Positions 7,484-17,014 of a stretch of DNA of 64,000 nucleotides are shown piece by piece; the first letter of the stretch is position 1, and each line of letters begins with the position of its first letter. The translations under genes and the position numbers were made by a program. The notes under the pieces are model-generated. The model did no database searches and had not been told where the DNA came from. It saw only the letters and a list, made by a program, of their open reading frames with translations. The DNA comes from a virus, in IMG/VR virus record IMGVR_UViG_3300035703_000020, positions 32,001 to 96,000 of that record, one strand, 5' to 3'.

Positions 7484-7499
7484 AGACACAGACACAACG

Positions 7500-8162
7500 A
7501 TGAGAATCAAACTCTCCGAATTCGAGCTCCCGGGCAACCCCGGAGTCGAGGGCGAGGTCGTCTACAAGGCCATCGACTTCGACATCAACTCCGGCACCGA
7601 CCCCAATAACCCGGACTCGTGCACCTACATGGTGTGCGGCTGGCGGGAGGACGATGGGGCCGGCGTCCTCATCCACGGGACCCAGCGCGGCGGCACCGGC
7701 CGGTACCAGTGGCGAGTGCCCCGGCTGCTGAGCGCGCCGAACGACGAGGCCGGTGGCATCACGGTCACCCGCACCGAGTTCCACAACGTCGAGGCCCTCG
7801 AGGCGCCTTACATCCGGCTGGTGGGCTGCGTGCTGACAGAGGAGCGGCCCGAGCGGCGCGCGGGCTTCTTCTACGAGGGCTGGATGGACGGCTCCGGCGA
7901 CTGGTACCCGATCGCCGTGCCCGACCGCGAGGAGACCGTCGTCAAGGCGTCGAAGGCTGGCATCCTGGTCTGCTCCGACCCGTCGGAGACCGACGCCGTC
8001 CACGTGTACTGCCTGGAGAACCACGCCTGGAAGGAGCTCCGGACCGGCTACGCCGACCCCTGGGACGTGGACGAGATCATCCCGGCCGGGGACCTCTACG
8101 TCATCCGCCTGCTCCACTCCGACGGCAAGCGCTCGGACCTCTCCTACGCGCCGAAGAAGTGA
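7500..8162 (+). CDS. hypothetical protein
   Basis: 220-aa ORF with typical codon usage. Confidence 0.65.
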   Translation: MRIKLSEFELPGNPGVEGEVVYKAIDFDINSGTDPNNPDSCTYMVCGWREDDGAGVLIHGTQRGGTGRYQWRVPRLLSAPNDEAGGITVTRTEFHNVEALEAPYIRLVGCVLTEERPERRAGFFYEGWMDGSGDWYPIAVPDREETVVKASKAGILVCSDPSETDAVHVYCLENHAWKELRTGYADPWDVDEIIPAGDLYVIRLLHSDGKRSDLSYAPKK

Positions 8163-8263
8163 TGACGGACCCGGTCTGGCCGCTCATGGCCTTCATCGGC
8201 GTCGGGCTGCTGTTCGTCGTCGGGGTCATCGCGGTCATCCTGATCGAGGCGACCAGCGAGTGA
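8162..8263 (+). CDS. tiny membrane protein (MTDPVWPLMAFIGVGLL...)
   Basis: TGATG coupling; single transmembrane helix. Confidence 0.55.
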   Translation: MTDPVWPLMAFIGVGLLFVVGVIAVILIEATSE

Positions 8264-8314
8264 AGCGTCACAAGGGGGGTCCCGGAGGGGCCCCCTTCCC
8301 CGTATGATGGATCC

Positions 8315-9403
8315 ATGAGAAACGAATCCGTCCTGTTCCTGGAGTCGTGGCTGAACCGCCACGGGCTGCCCGCCCTGGCCGAACACGGCGTCCGCGTGAC
8401 GTCCGACGACCGCTACCCCGGCCTCTACTGCCTGAAGTACGGCCCGACGGCCGACAAGTCCTCCGACATCGTGCGGGTCTGCCGCGGCGCGGTGGTCGAG
8501 CTGAGCGAGGCCGACGGCCACCGCGTGGTCGCCTACGCGTTCGACCGCTTCTTCAACGCCGGCGAGCAGCAGGCGGCCGAGATCGACTGGGAGTCCGCCC
8601 GCGTGTTCGAGAAGCACGACGGCAGCCTGATCAAGCTGTTCCACCTCGACGGCCGCGGCTGGATCGTGTCCACCTCCGGCACGGTCGGGGCCGACATCCG
8701 CTTCGGCGAGATGGGCATGACGTTCGAGCAGCTGTTCTGGCGTGCGTTCAAGGCCAACTACGGCGACCCCGGCGAGAAGCTCGACCCCGGAGTCGTCTAC
8801 GTCTTCGAGCTGTGCACGCCCGACAACAAGGTCGTGGTCGACCACAAGTTCGACTACCTGCCGCTGCTGGCGGCGCGCGACGCCGCGACGATGGAGGAGA
8901 TCTACGTCGAGTCGTTCTCAGGCCAGTTCGCGATCGCGACCGAGTACGGCCACTGGTCGGACATCGGCCGCCTGATCGAGTGGGCCAACGAGCGCAAGGG
9001 CTCCGAGCACGAGGGCTTCATCGTCGTCGACAAGCACTGGAACCGCATCAAGGTGAAGGGCGAGTCGTACGTCCAGATGCACCGCGTCAAGGGCAACGGC
9101 GATCCCAGCTTCTTCGAGCTGTGGCGGAACGACGACCTGGTCGAGTTCTGGACCTACTTCCCCGAGTACAAGGAGCGGTTCCAACGCAGGCTGGCCCGCA
9201 TCGAGGACACGGCGTTCTTCGTCGAGGGCTTCGTGCGCGAGTACTCCCACATGGACCAGAAGCAGTTCGCGGCCCAGGTGCTGCAGCGCCACCCCAAGGT
9301 GAGCGGCGCCATGTTCTCGATCCGGTCCGGCAAGGCCGACGGGTTCGTCGGGTGGCTGATGCAGCAGAATGAGAAGAAGTTCGAGGAGATCTTCGGTGAG
9401 TGA
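8315..9403 (+). CDS. T4 Rnl1-like RNA ligase
   Basis: FDRFFNAGE, motif I EKHDGSL, FELC, EGFIV, RIKVK. Confidence 0.88.
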   Translation: MRNESVLFLESWLNRHGLPALAEHGVRVTSDDRYPGLYCLKYGPTADKSSDIVRVCRGAVVELSEADGHRVVAYAFDRFFNAGEQQAAEIDWESARVFEKHDGSLIKLFHLDGRGWIVSTSGTVGADIRFGEMGMTFEQLFWRAFKANYGDPGEKLDPGVVYVFELCTPDNKVVVDHKFDYLPLLAARDAATMEEIYVESFSGQFAIATEYGHWSDIGRLIEWANERKGSEHEGFIVVDKHWNRIKVKGESYVQMHRVKGNGDPSFFELWRNDDLVEFWTYFPEYKERFQRRLARIEDTAFFVEGFVREYSHMDQKQFAAQVLQRHPKVSGAMFSIRSGKADGFVGWLMQQNEKKFEEIFGE

Positions 9404-9638
9404 AGTCAACGTGCCCGACCTCTGGGGAAACAAACCAGAAGTGAACGAGAGCATCGCCCTGCAGCCCGAGGTCAACAGCTGGCAACCGACCAGCAGCTCG
9501 TTCAACATCAGTGTCCCGCAACACGTCGGTCATTGGGTCATCTCGGGTAACTTCCACGTCTATGTCAAGAAACGTCCCAACCGCCTCAACCGCTTCATGA
9601 CAAGGGTGCTGCTCGGGTGGGAGTGGGCAGACGCGTGA
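9396..9638 (+). CDS. hypothetical protein
   Basis: Overlap-coupled ORF ending KRPNRLNRFMTRVLLGWEW. Confidence 0.5.
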   Translation: MSEVNVPDLWGNKPEVNESIALQPEVNSWQPTSSSFNISVPQHVGHWVISGNFHVYVKKRPNRLNRFMTRVLLGWEWADA

Positions 9639-9787
9639 CTGAAGACCTGAAGTCTGAACCTAAAGTCACTAGGGTTGAGGTCATCGACCACGAAGGCCGA
9701 TCCTATGTCAACTGGGACGAGCGTAACAGGGTCGAACTCTCGTACCAGGATGATGGACGCACACTCAAGATCTTCATAAGCCGGTGA
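9635..9787 (+). CDS. small conserved phage protein (VTRVEVIDHEGRSYVNW...QDDGRTLKIFI)
   Basis: Hand-translated 50-aa ORF; GTGA overlaps on both sides. Confidence 0.65.
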   Translation: MTEDLKSEPKVTRVEVIDHEGRSYVNWDERNRVELSYQDDGRTLKIFISR

Positions 9788-10413
9788 CGACTGTCCGCTT
9801 CATCGGGGACGTCCACGGAAAGTGGACTCGCTACAAGAAACTCATCAAAAGCTGCCCAAGGTCGATCCAAGTCGGTGACTTCGGAGTAGGATTCTACAAC
9901 CCGCGCACGGAGTCCTACAGCCGTCCGCCGTACGACTCGATGTGCAAGGGCGACCACAAGTTCATCAGAGGCAACCATGATAACCCCACGCAGTGCCGTT
10001 CTCATCCGTTTTGGATCGCTGACGGCTCGCTTCTCGACGGCCGCGTGTTCTGCGTTGGCGGCGCTATGTCGATCGACAAGCACCTCCGCACGGAAGGCTG
10101 GGACTGGTGGCCGGACGAGGAGCTCAGCTACGCCCAGTTCCTCGAACTCATTCAGGCGTACGAGGAGGCCCGCCCGAGCGTGGTGGTCTCGCACGAGTGC
10201 CCGGAGACCGTCGTGAACCATGTGCTCGCCGCCAAGGGCAAGTACAAGTACGACATCCCGAGCATCACCCGGCAGTTCTTCGACAACCTCCTCCACGTCC
10301 ACAAACCCGAGCTGTGGATCCACGGCCACTGGCACTTCGACCACCACACCGTGTTCGACGGGGTCGAGTTCGTGGGCCTCGGGGAGCTATCCCACCTGGA
10401 CCTGGAGGTCTGA
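9784..10413 (+). CDS. calcineurin-like metallophosphoesterase
   Basis: GDVHG, GDFG, RGNHD, SHECP, HGHWH. Confidence 0.9.
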   Translation: MTTVRFIGDVHGKWTRYKKLIKSCPRSIQVGDFGVGFYNPRTESYSRPPYDSMCKGDHKFIRGNHDNPTQCRSHPFWIADGSLLDGRVFCVGGAMSIDKHLRTEGWDWWPDEELSYAQFLELIQAYEEARPSVVVSHECPETVVNHVLAAKGKYKYDIPSITRQFFDNLLHVHKPELWIHGHWHFDHHTVFDGVEFVGLGELSHLDLEV

Positions 10414-10595
10414 TGGACACCATCCACAAGGCGATCTACGCCGTTGACCACTATCAGATGACACGCAAGCAGCAGCTCTGGGGCGACGTCTACCGCTGCG
10501 CCTTCTACCGCTGGAAGGCCTCCGACTACCGTTCCGAGGGCGACTACGCCACGATGGTCGCCGCCCTCGGCCTCGGGGACCGGTTCTGGGAGTGA
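10413..10595 (+). CDS. hypothetical protein
   Basis: TGATG-coupled 60-aa ORF. Confidence 0.5.
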   Translation: MDTIHKAIYAVDHYQMTRKQQLWGDVYRCAFYRWKASDYRSEGDYATMVAALGLGDRFWE

Positions 10596-10657
10596 CACGG
10601 AGCACCCCTCACCGCCCCGGCGCCAGAAGCACAATACACCAAGAGAAAACCAACACC

Positions 10658-11056
10658 ATGCGAAGCAACGAGTCCCAGGGCATCGTCATCATCGGCCTGC
10701 TGGGCGCGATCGTCGTCGGCGGCCTCGCGTTCGGCCTGCCCCAGTACGGCGTCTACACCAAGACCCTGAACGGCAAGGCCCAGCTGCAGGAAGCCGAGTT
10801 CACCCGCCAGGTGGCGGTGCTCGAGGCCAAGGCCAAGCTCGACTCCGCGAAGGAGCTGGCCCAGGCCGAGGTCGAGCGCGCCAAGGGCGTCGCCCAGGCC
10901 AACCAGATCATCGGCGACAGCCTCAAGGGCAACCGCGAGTACCTCCAGTACCTCTACATCACCGGCCTCGAGGAGGGCAGCCAGAAGGGCAACGTGACGA
11001 TCTACGTGCCGACCGAGGGCGGCATGCCGGTGCCCACCCTCCAGATGAACAAGTGA
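10658..11056 (+). CDS. membrane-anchored coiled-coil protein (SPFH/prohibitin-like phage family)
   Basis: N-terminal TM; AEVERAKGVAQANQIIGDSL...YLQYL...IYVPTE. Confidence 0.7.
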   Translation: MRSNESQGIVIIGLLGAIVVGGLAFGLPQYGVYTKTLNGKAQLQEAEFTRQVAVLEAKAKLDSAKELAQAEVERAKGVAQANQIIGDSLKGNREYLQYLYITGLEEGSQKGNVTIYVPTEGGMPVPTLQMNK

Positions 11057-11673
11057 GGGACCTCGAGATAGCGGCCCGCCTGGCTTCACCCCGGAGGAGT
11101 TCGAGAAGCTTCTCGAGGAACACATCGCGAAGGCCATGTTCGACGCGATCGTCTCCTACCTGAAGAAGACCGCCGACATCATGGACGAGACCGGGCTGAG
11201 GGCGATGACGGCGGACGACCTCCGCCGCGTCGCGCTGGAAATGTCAGTACAAGGCTACGAACCGCAATGACTGGATACACATTCGAGGTGTGGGCCGACC
11301 ATACCATGTCGGGGGCGGACGGCAGGGCCGTCTACGTCGCGCGGGTTGCCGATCCGTTCGGGCTCGTGATAGGCGAGGTGAGGAGCCTCTCCGAGGACAC
11401 AACGCTGAGGCTGGCAAATGAGCTTAAGAAGGGGGACAAGGGGCGCTACGCCGCTGACCACGGTCTCTGCGCCTGAGATGACCCGCATGCAGGAGCTCTG
11501 GGATGTCATGAACGACGTCGGGATCGCCAGTATGACGGTCAACGAGCTCGAGGAGTGGTCGTACCTGATGGCCAAGAGCCTCGAGGGCAAGGGCGACCCC
11601 ACCCACGACGTGCCAGTCAAGTAAGCGCACGCCAAATGACCGGAGTCCCGCGCGAGCGCGGTAGAATTCGGCT

Positions 11674-12420
11674 ATGAGACTGAGAGATCAAACCAACAAG
11701 ATGCCGATCCCAATGGGACCAGCCCCGCCGCGCGAGCAGCGGGGCATTTTACTTACGGACCACCGGCTCGACGAGCGCTCGGTGGTCGTCATCGGCGACG
11801 TGCACGGCTGCGCGCAGGCGCTGCGCGACCTGCTCGTCGACGTCGTCAACACCGGCTGCCAGGTCGTCTTCGTGGGCGACCTGATGGACAGGGGCACCCA
11901 CTTCAAGTCGGTGCTCACGATCGTGCACTCGATGTGCACTGACCCAGAGAAGTGGGGCGTCAGCCGCGCCACGTGCCTGATGGGCAACCACGAGCGGATG
12001 ATCCTCGACGCCTACTCGAACTCGTGGGACGACGGGTGGAGGCTCTGGATGCGGAACGGCGGGCTCGTCGAGGACTTCCAGTACATCAGCGATTCCGGCC
12101 GCTGGGGCTGGCTCAACGGCCTCCCGCTCTGGTACGAGCACGAGAAAAGGGTGGAGTGGGAGGGGGAGGCCTTGCAGCTGCTGGTCACCCACGGGTCGGT
12201 CGAGCCGGGGAAGCCCTTGCGGCAGCAGGACCCGGAGACGCTCTACTGGGGCCGTGCCATCCGCGGCTACTCCCGCGACCACCTGACCGTCCACGGCCAC
12301 ACGATCTGCCACGGCGGCGAGCCGATGCAGTACGACACCGAGACCGGCAAGGTCGTCCGGATCGACACCGGCTCCTACATGACCGGCATCGTGACCGGGC
12401 TGGCGCTGAGGGAGGCGTGA
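11674..12420 (+). CDS. Ser/Thr phosphatase-like metallophosphoesterase (lambda-PP/ApaH-like)
   Basis: GDVHG, GDLMDRG, GNHE, HGHT, IDTG. Confidence 0.9.
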   Translation: MRLRDQTNKMPIPMGPAPPREQRGILLTDHRLDERSVVVIGDVHGCAQALRDLLVDVVNTGCQVVFVGDLMDRGTHFKSVLTIVHSMCTDPEKWGVSRATCLMGNHERMILDAYSNSWDDGWRLWMRNGGLVEDFQYISDSGRWGWLNGLPLWYEHEKRVEWEGEALQLLVTHGSVEPGKPLRQQDPETLYWGRAIRGYSRDHLTVHGHTICHGGEPMQYDTETGKVVRIDTGSYMTGIVTGLALREA

Positions 12421-12890
12421 TGTTCGACCTCTCGCGCTACGAGCTCATGTGCGAGCTCACGCCCGACGGCGGTAAGCTGCGGCCGTCGTGGGACCGCGCC
12501 TTCTGGGCCAAGAAGGTCCTCAGCAAGCCGCGCTCCGTCGTGTACGTCATCACGATAGGCGACGAGGTGTACAAGATCGGGATGACCGACTGCAACGTCT
12601 CGATGATCATCAACGGCTACTGCAAGAGCGACTTCCTTAGGGACCGGGCCGCGCACCGCGAGGTCCTGGCCGCGGCGGTCGCCGCCGGCGTGCCGGTGCG
12701 CTTCCACGGCTACCTCGTCGAGATGCCCCCGGTGGCCGTCACGCTCCCGAGCGGCGAGACCGCGCAGGTCAGGCCCAGGTGCGGCGGGGAGCTGGAGAGG
12801 GACGCCCTGAGGGCCTACGAGGCGGCCCACGGCGAGCTCCCGAGGGGCAACCACTTCGAGCGGGCGCCCAAGGGCCGGCGTGCCAATTGA
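12420..12890 (+). CDS. GIY-YIG nuclease resembling T4 endonuclease II (DenA)
   Basis: SVVYVITIGDEVYKIGMT matches the recalled DenA NVIYAIAINDELVYIGKT; later ELE and PxxN motifs. Confidence 0.6.
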   Translation: MFDLSRYELMCELTPDGGKLRPSWDRAFWAKKVLSKPRSVVYVITIGDEVYKIGMTDCNVSMIINGYCKSDFLRDRAAHREVLAAAVAAGVPVRFHGYLVEMPPVAVTLPSGETAQVRPRCGGELERDALRAYEAAHGELPRGNHFERAPKGRRAN

Positions 12891-12953
12891 CGAGGTGCAC
12901 ACCTTTTTAACCGGAGGGTCCCCGGGCGGCCTATGATACTTGTATCGAAACGA

Positions 12954-13163
12954 ATGAGACAAGTGAACGCCATCCAGATCCCCGCCCACGTCAAGAACGC
13001 CCGCCGCGCCGAGAAGCTCGCGGCCGACGAGTTCTGGGCCTACCACGCCGAGATCGCGGGCAAGAAGCCCGTCGACGCCAAGTACAATGCGCTCTTCGAG
13101 AGCATGAATGCCGCGCGCGTCCGCCGCGTCGAGGCCGTCCGCCAGTTCACCCTGGGGCTGTGA
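12954..13163 (+). CDS. hypothetical early protein
   Basis: Follows the composite promoter at 12880-12943. Confidence 0.6.
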   Translation: MRQVNAIQIPAHVKNARRAEKLAADEFWAYHAEIAGKKPVDAKYNALFESMNAARVRRVEAVRQFTLGL

Positions 13164-13600
13164 TGCTGATCGCCCACGTGATGATCGGGGCCCCGGGCTC
13201 CGGCAAGTCGACCTCGGCCTCGACGCTGGCCGCGATGTTCGACTCCGTCGTCGTGTCCACCGACGCCGTCCGCGCCGAGCTGTGGGGCGACGAGTCGGTC
13301 CAGGGCGACTGGGCCGAGGTGTCCCGCGAGGTTAACCGGCGCATACGCTGCGCAGCCGCCGCCGGCCGCAACGTCGTGCTCGACGCCACCCACGCCAAGC
13401 GCGCCTACCGCCGCCGCGCGGTCGAGATGCTCCGCGATTCGGGCTACGAGTCCGTCGTGCCCATGCTGGTGCACCCGCCCCTCGAGACGTGCCTGGGCCG
13501 CAACGAGCGGCGCGATCGCGTCGTCCCCGCCGACGTCGTCGAGCGGATGTGGCGCGCGATCGAGCAGAACAAGAACGATATTCAACAGGACTTCGAATGA
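13160..13600 (+). CDS. polynucleotide kinase (P-loop, AAA_33-like)
   Basis: GAPGSGKST, STDAVR, VLDATH, RNERRDRVVP. Confidence 0.88.
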   Translation: MMLIAHVMIGAPGSGKSTSASTLAAMFDSVVVSTDAVRAELWGDESVQGDWAEVSREVNRRIRCAAAAGRNVVLDATHAKRAYRRRAVEMLRDSGYESVVPMLVHPPLETCLGRNERRDRVVPADVVERMWRAIEQNKNDIQQDFE

Positions 13601-14292
13601 TGACCGAGACATTCCTCATAGGCGACGTGCACTCGCAGGCCGACAACCTCGAGCGGGCCCTGGCGCACGTGCTGAACAGCGGCGGCGAGAGCGCGCGCGT
13701 GATCTTCCTCGGCGACCTCTTCGACTCGCGCTGCGCGACGTCCCAGTCCGCGGAGGTGTACGGCATCGTCCGCTCCTTCCAGGACGCCTACGGCGCCACG
13801 GTGCTCAACTCGAACCACCAGGACAAGCTGCGGCGCTACCTATCCGGGTCGCCGGTGCGGGTCGACCTCGTGCCCGAGCTCGGGCGCACCATCCGCGAGT
13901 TCGAGGAGACCAACATCGACCGCGACGAGCTGCTGGGCTGGCTCGAGTCGTGCCCCTACGGCTACGTCTTCAACGACAGCTCGGGCCGCGAGTACCGCTG
14001 CGCCCACGCCTACTTCCCCAGCTGGGTCGAGCCCGACGGCGCCGTCGTGACCGGCGAGGGCCTGCCCCGCAAGGCGAGGGACCTCATGCTCTACGGCAAG
14101 CGCGACCACGAGACCAAGCAGCGGGTCCGCTGGTGGGAGCACGAGAGCCGCGTGCCCTGGACCCGCGTGTCCGGCCACTACCACTGCGTGCACCTCTCGG
14201 AGCGTTCGCTCGTCCTCGATGGGCAGTGCGGCAACGAGGGCGGCCAGCTGCCGGTCTACGAGGTGAACGCTGGACGCCTCACGTACTTCTGA
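13597..14292 (+). CDS. Pnkp-like metallophosphoesterase (candidate 2',3'-cyclic/3'-phosphatase)
   Basis: GDVHS, GDLFD, SNHQDKLRRYL, HA, GHYH, LD; coupled to the kinase. Confidence 0.8.
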   Translation: MMTETFLIGDVHSQADNLERALAHVLNSGGESARVIFLGDLFDSRCATSQSAEVYGIVRSFQDAYGATVLNSNHQDKLRRYLSGSPVRVDLVPELGRTIREFEETNIDRDELLGWLESCPYGYVFNDSSGREYRCAHAYFPSWVEPDGAVVTGEGLPRKARDLMLYGKRDHETKQRVRWWEHESRVPWTRVSGHYHCVHLSERSLVLDGQCGNEGGQLPVYEVNAGRLTYF

Positions 14293-14327
14293 TCCGCGTA
14301 AAATCAAAGGAGGAGCCCAGGCCGACC

Positions 14328-14906
14328 ATGGAAACAAAGCAGATCATCTACCCCACGGAGCGGCTACTCGCGAACCCGAGGATCTTCATGGCCATCGCCA
14401 GGGAGTTCGACGGTCCCGACTGGGAGACCATCGCAGGGGCGTTCTACGACCTGATCGAGCACGACATCCTCCACGAGGAGGACCCCGAGGACGTGGCGTT
14501 CAACGCACCAGAGGTGTGCTTCCGGCTGAAGCCGGGGGCGGAGGAGGTTGTACAGATCATCCTACCCGACGGCAACGCGGTCGAGCTGCACCCCACCGCC
14601 TCGTCCACGGAGGACGGCGAGGAGTACTACGCCGCCGTGAAGACGGAGGAGGACTTCGCGATCACGTCCACGATCAACGCCAGGCTGATCAGGGCGATCG
14701 AGGAGGCAGCGCCCGAGGTCGCGGGCGACGTCGCCCTGTGCGAGCCGCCGACGCCGGCCAACGAGTTCCTGCGCGACTCCTCCGATGACTGCTTCCGCGG
14801 GCAGTTCCACCTGCTGTCGGACCCGGATCGGGTCTTCGACTTTCGCGTGGAGGTCGTCGATCTGAACACCGACGAGCTCAGGGCGCAGGTGCGCCCGATA
14901 AAATGA
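14328..14906 (+). CDS. acidic hypothetical protein
   Basis: GGAGG upstream; typical codon usage. Confidence 0.65.
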   Translation: METKQIIYPTERLLANPRIFMAIAREFDGPDWETIAGAFYDLIEHDILHEEDPEDVAFNAPEVCFRLKPGAEEVVQIILPDGNAVELHPTASSTEDGEEYYAAVKTEEDFAITSTINARLIRAIEEAAPEVAGDVALCEPPTPANEFLRDSSDDCFRGQFHLLSDPDRVFDFRVEVVDLNTDELRAQVRPIK

Positions 14907-14924
14907 CCAGGCGGAGCAAGTTCG

Positions 14925-15563
14925 ATGTCGGAAACCAACCACGACCAGACGAATTCCTCCAGTCCCTACGTGTACGGGGGCTGGCTGATACAGGAGCAAC
15001 TACCAACCCAATGGCACCTACTAGTAGCGGCAATCCTCCTAAACCAGAGCAAAAGGTCCCCGGCCTGGGACCTGTCGCTCTCCGAGCTGTTCTCGCGCTG
15101 GCCCAGCCCCTCCGCCCTCGCATCCGCTGACGGGTCGCTGGAGGAGCTGCTGACCCCGCAGGGGTTCGGCAACGTGAAGGCAAAGCGCCTCAGGCGCATG
15201 TCGGAAGATTACCAATCCTGGGACGGCCAGGACCCGAGAGTCCTCTACGGTTGCGGGCAGTACGCCTACGACTCGTGGAGGATCTTCGTCAGGGGCGACC
15301 GCCCCGCGCCCGAGGAGGTCAACGACGGGGTGCTTGTAAAATTCCTCGAGAGATGCCGTGAGGGATGGCGAATTGGACTACCTCTACCACAGGTGGTCGG
15401 GGATAGCGTGGGAGCGTGGTCTGCTGAACGAGTTCGAGACCCGCTACCGCCACTACAGACAGAGATGCTGGTCGAGAAGAGAGTGTATTCTCGCCGCGGC
15501 AACAGAGCTGAACCTACCGGGCTGGCCCTGAGCGCACGATCGTTGAAACCACTGCGAGAATGA
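14925..15563 (+). CDS. MBD4-like HhH-GPD DNA glycosylase
   Basis: LIQE..WHLLVAAILLNQ..FSRWPSP..LYGCGQYAYDSWRIF aligns with the recalled MBD4 catalytic domain (LVQE..WKLLIATIFLNR..LHGIGKYGNDSYRIF). Confidence 0.82.
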   Translation: MSETNHDQTNSSSPYVYGGWLIQEQLPTQWHLLVAAILLNQSKRSPAWDLSLSELFSRWPSPSALASADGSLEELLTPQGFGNVKAKRLRRMSEDYQSWDGQDPRVLYGCGQYAYDSWRIFVRGDRPAPEEVNDGVLVKFLERCREGWRIGLPLPQVVGDSVGAWSAERVRDPLPPLQTEMLVEKRVYSRRGNRAEPTGLALSARSLKPLRE

Positions 15564-16423
15564 ACCACCTAGTCGACGCCGAGCTGCGCCGCCTCGCGCG
15601 GCAGAAGGACCTCCTCATGGAGGGTGTACGGGACATGGAGCTGGACTTCCAGGCCAAGATCCGCAAGATCGAGGAGGCCTCGGCCAAGCTCGACGAGATG
15701 CAGGACCGCGTCGCGGTGGCCCTGGACACGTTCAAGTACCGCATCGAGCGCACGGCCAACGCCGAGCTCAAGCGGTCGCAGAAGCGCGTCAAGGAGCTCG
15801 AGGCCAAGCTGGCCGAGGTCGGCGACGTGCAGGCGCGCAGGGCCGTCGACCACGAGATCGTGTCCAGGGCGAAGACGATTGCCATCTTCGACGCGATCCT
15901 GTTCAACATCTGCAACTGGTCGACGGCGGGCGACACGGCCCCGGACTTCGAGCTGGCTTCGCAGGCGATCCTCTTCCCGGCCGTCTACGAGCGGGTGATG
16001 AAGGGCGACGAGGAGGCCTACATCCTCGACGAGGTCCCGCCCAGCGCCATAGAGGTCGTCAGGCGCGGCCGCGAGTGGGTGAGGTACTTCCGCTCGGCGA
16101 TGGAGCTGTCGCTCGTCGACCCGTCAGTGTGGGAGCGCAGCATCGACGAGGTGGCGAAGTGGTGGACGTCTGATGCCCTGCCGCTGATCTACGGGTCGCG
16201 CGACCCCGACTGGGACCACGACGAGCCCTACTCGCTGTCGGAGATGATCGCGTGGCGGGACTACCCCGCGAACCGCGCGCTGTCCTTCCCGCTGATCTTC
16301 GACGGGATGGAGGCGGTCAACAAGCACTCCGACCGGATTCGCGAGGAGAGCGGGCTGCCACTATTCAACCAGCGAGCGGTGAGGACGCGGCTGGACCCGG
16401 ATGAACGACATCAGGAACCTTGA
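15560..16423 (+). CDS. coiled-coil hypothetical protein
   Basis: 287-aa ORF with an N-terminal heptad pattern. Confidence 0.7.
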   Translation: MNHLVDAELRRLARQKDLLMEGVRDMELDFQAKIRKIEEASAKLDEMQDRVAVALDTFKYRIERTANAELKRSQKRVKELEAKLAEVGDVQARRAVDHEIVSRAKTIAIFDAILFNICNWSTAGDTAPDFELASQAILFPAVYERVMKGDEEAYILDEVPPSAIEVVRRGREWVRYFRSAMELSLVDPSVWERSIDEVAKWWTSDALPLIYGSRDPDWDHDEPYSLSEMIAWRDYPANRALSFPLIFDGMEAVNKHSDRIREESGLPLFNQRAVRTRLDPDERHQEP

Positions 16424-16808
16424 GAACTGGGCGGCCGAGACCGTCAGCGAGAACCGCCGGCTGGGCGAGCTGAAGATGCAGGCCGGGCACGCCATCGTGG
16501 ACGCGCTCGAGTCCTATTACGCGCAGTGGCAGACGAAGCGCACCGACCGCGTGCGCAACGAGTACATGAAGTGGCGCGTCCGCCTGCACCGCAAGTGGAA
16601 CGACCACCCCGAGTTCCTCGAGGAGCTCAACGAGGCCTTCGACATCGGGCTCGACGACGACACCATAGGTAAAACACTCTGGGACATACCCGCGGAAGAC
16701 TCTGTCAACCTCTCTAATGGCTACAATTGGCGCCGAGACTCGGGCTACGCCCTCCGCGGAAGAAGCCGCCGGACGGCTGGAGCCGGTGCTCAAGATCTGG
16801 CGCAGTGA
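16401..16808 (+). CDS. hypothetical protein
   Basis: Typical codon usage. Confidence 0.55.
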   Translation: MNDIRNLENWAAETVSENRRLGELKMQAGHAIVDALESYYAQWQTKRTDRVRNEYMKWRVRLHRKWNDHPEFLEELNEAFDIGLDDDTIGKTLWDIPAEDSVNLSNGYNWRRDSGYALRGRSRRTAGAGAQDLAQ

Positions 16809-16965
16809 GCACGTTGACCAGTACCGCTGGGTCATGACGTTCGGCCCCGACGCCGAGCGCGATGTATTCCACGGCAACGCCACGACCCTCGAGCAGGCCA
16901 TGAGGGACGTCGAGCACTGCCGGCGGATCCACGAGGGCGCGGTCCCCGAAGCGCACGCCGGCTGA
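16717..16965 (+). CDS. hypothetical protein
   Basis: AGGTAAA upstream at 16667; typical codon usage. Confidence 0.5.
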   Translation: MATIGAETRATPSAEEAAGRLEPVLKIWRSEHVDQYRWVMTFGPDAERDVFHGNATTLEQAMRDVEHCRRIHEGAVPEAHAG

Positions 16966-17014
16966 GCCGGTCGGGGCCGGCCCGCGTTAGGATAGATTGT
17001 CCTCACGGGTCACA

